A stretch of DNA of 64,000 bases from Salinispira sp. (lineage in GTDB: Bacteria > Spirochaetota > Spirochaetia > DSM-27196 > Salinispiraceae). Position 1 is the stretch's first letter; each line of letters opens with the position of its first letter. Position numbers and translations under genes: made by a program. The notes beneath the pieces are model-generated. The model was not told the origin of the DNA. It worked only from the letters and a program-made list of their open reading frames with translations, and did not search any database. The stretch is from the NCBI GenBank assembly GCA_965602015.1, contig OZ271918.1:1184001-1248000 (forward strand), in the 5' to 3' direction. Below, in pieces: positions 62,707 through 64,000 of the stretch.

Positions 62707-63080
62707 AATACCTCGCCCATGCGGACAGTGATTTGCGGCGGGCAGTCGGTAAAAATATGGAGCCCTGCAATAGAGGGGCGAAGCGAAAAGAGGGAGGGCG
62801 GGCTGAGGAGGGTAAAATCACCTGGTGCTGGAGCGGGTTTTTGGCTGTCAGACCCGGCACATGCGATATTTTCCCTCCAGTATCGGGATGCATTTTCCAG
62901 AATACTCGTTGAACCGGTGCCGGCGGTACTCCCGGGCAGTGAGTAATACCCAGCCTCATCATCCTGAGCGGAATTAGGCGCCCCGGATGAAGATTTTTTC
63001 TCTCGCACAAGGAGAACCTGTACGTTTCTGGATATATCGTAACAGCTTATGAGAAGCCGTACGTCATTGGTAAAGAACAT
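62583..63080 (-). CDS. Hypothetical protein, possibly degenerate NUDIX-like
   Basis: VLLVREK..YYSLPG resembles a NUDIX N-terminus, but there is no intact Nudix box. Confidence 0.45.
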   Translation of the reverse strand: MFFTNDVRLLISCYDISRNVQVLLVREKKSSSGAPNSAQDDEAGYYSLPGSTAGTGSTSILENASRYWRENIACAGSDSQKPAPAPGDFTLLSPPSLFSLRPSIAGLHIFTDCPPQITVRMGEVLCQTLWVPAHKLPINLETGIRRAVKNMRILFSHNRVRGFRL

Positions 63081-63202
63081 GATTCTCAGCATACCCCGAC
63101 CATAAAAAAACTTCGAGTAATATATCCGGGATATTTGATCGGGACATAACGAGATTTTATATTTACCCGGACAGCATACGCCGGCAAGACAAGGAGGGGG
63201 AC

Positions 63203-64000
63203 ATCGCACTACATGAGCTCGTAAACCATCTTTGTTCCCAAGCGGCGGAATACGGGGGAAGCTGGAACATTGACCGCCTTCGCGTACTGGATCTGTTGGG
63301 TATCGATATCCGGGATGTCTACGTCAAGCTGGAGCGCAGTGCCAATCCTCTGATTCGCAGTGAGAGTGCCGGCTTCTCCAGCGATGGCCCCGGGGTGCTG
63401 GTGAGTTTCCTGGAAATCATAGGAATCACCGAAGCTCCCGATGCGTTCTCCCAGTCAGGTTTGTGGATATCGATAGATCAGCAGTTCGAACTGGTCCAGA
63501 GCCTGGTCAGCATTATTCGACACTCGGTGGATGAACATCGCATAGACTGCTCGAATGCCTGTGCCATGTTCGATCACTTTGGCAATCTCCCCCGGACTCT
63601 TGAGACATACATCGATGAATACTTCCCGCTGAAGAAGTTTCTCGACCCGGTCCTGGAGGCACTCGATGAGCGCTGGCCCGAGGTCGATATGAATTTTGCC
63701 GAAGGCGCTTTACGTGCCCTGGCTTATGAGCTACTCAAAAGGGGAACCGTGCCGTTTTTTCGGCTGCTTGAGCCCGTGGCAGATAAGCTCAGACGCTGCC
63801 TGATTGAGAACGATCGCATACCTGAACAGAACGACCGGGGCCATGAGAAAACCAGCGCGGCCCATACCGGCTTGTCCGAGGTCGATACGGCGTTGAGCGC
63901 GTTGGGATTTTCCCCCGCAGAGCGTCCCGACACTTCTGCCGTTAAACGGCGTTACAAGGAACTGATGAAGCGCTACCACCCGGATGTGAATCCCCGGGGT
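63203..64000 (+). CDS. Protein with C-terminal DnaJ (J) domain, 3'-truncated; absent from the ORF track
   Basis: Stop-free frame to the window end, finishing ALSALGF..VKRRYKELMKRYHPDVNP. Start uncertain (ATC 63203 after AAGGAGG, or TTG 63296). Confidence 0.85.
   Translation, partial: MALHELVNHLCSQAAEYGGSWNIDRLRVLDLLGIDIRDVYVKLERSANPLIRSESAGFSSDGPGVLVSFLEIIGITEAPDAFSQSGLWISIDQQFELVQSLVSIIRHSVDEHRIDCSNACAMFDHFGNLPRTLETYIDEYFPLKKFLDPVLEALDERWPEVDMNFAEGALRALAYELLKRGTVPFFRLLEPVADKLRRCLIENDRIPEQNDRGHEKTSAAHTGLSEVDTALSALGFSPAERPDTSAVKRRYKELMKRYHPDVNPRG

Overview
Mostly housekeeping chromosome, probably from a free-living spirochaete (inferred from the rpsU sequence, TPR-rich gene set and PilZ/DUF1577-like proteins). 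It carries rpsU, mutL, tRNA-Met, nrdR, ilvC/ilvY, a biotin ECF transporter, sodA, sufS/sufU, gpmA, purU, an MCP, an alpha-amylase and hrpB. The standout is a nested pair of mobile elements present twice. An IS1-like element (1249 bp, 20-bp terminal inverted repeat GTGCCCCCAAAACAGCTGAT) is interrupted each time by a 1305-bp IS110-family, IS1111-type element. The insertion is at the same TG dinucleotide of the repeat and in the same relative orientation, once in the left repeat and once in the right. The ~150-nt non-coding region downstream of the IS1111 recombinase contains four short segments that match both sides of this target and both sides of the element's own predicted circle junction. 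It reads as a bridge/seek RNA programmed against another transposon's end, and circularisation would also create a -35/-10 promoter. Other points of interest: a SprA-like giant outer-membrane protein cluster, a voltage-sensor/HAMP chimera, candidate ATA/ATC start codons, a plant-type IlvC under IlvY control and a 17-bp tandem repeat. All calls were made by eye; no database searches or folding programs were run.
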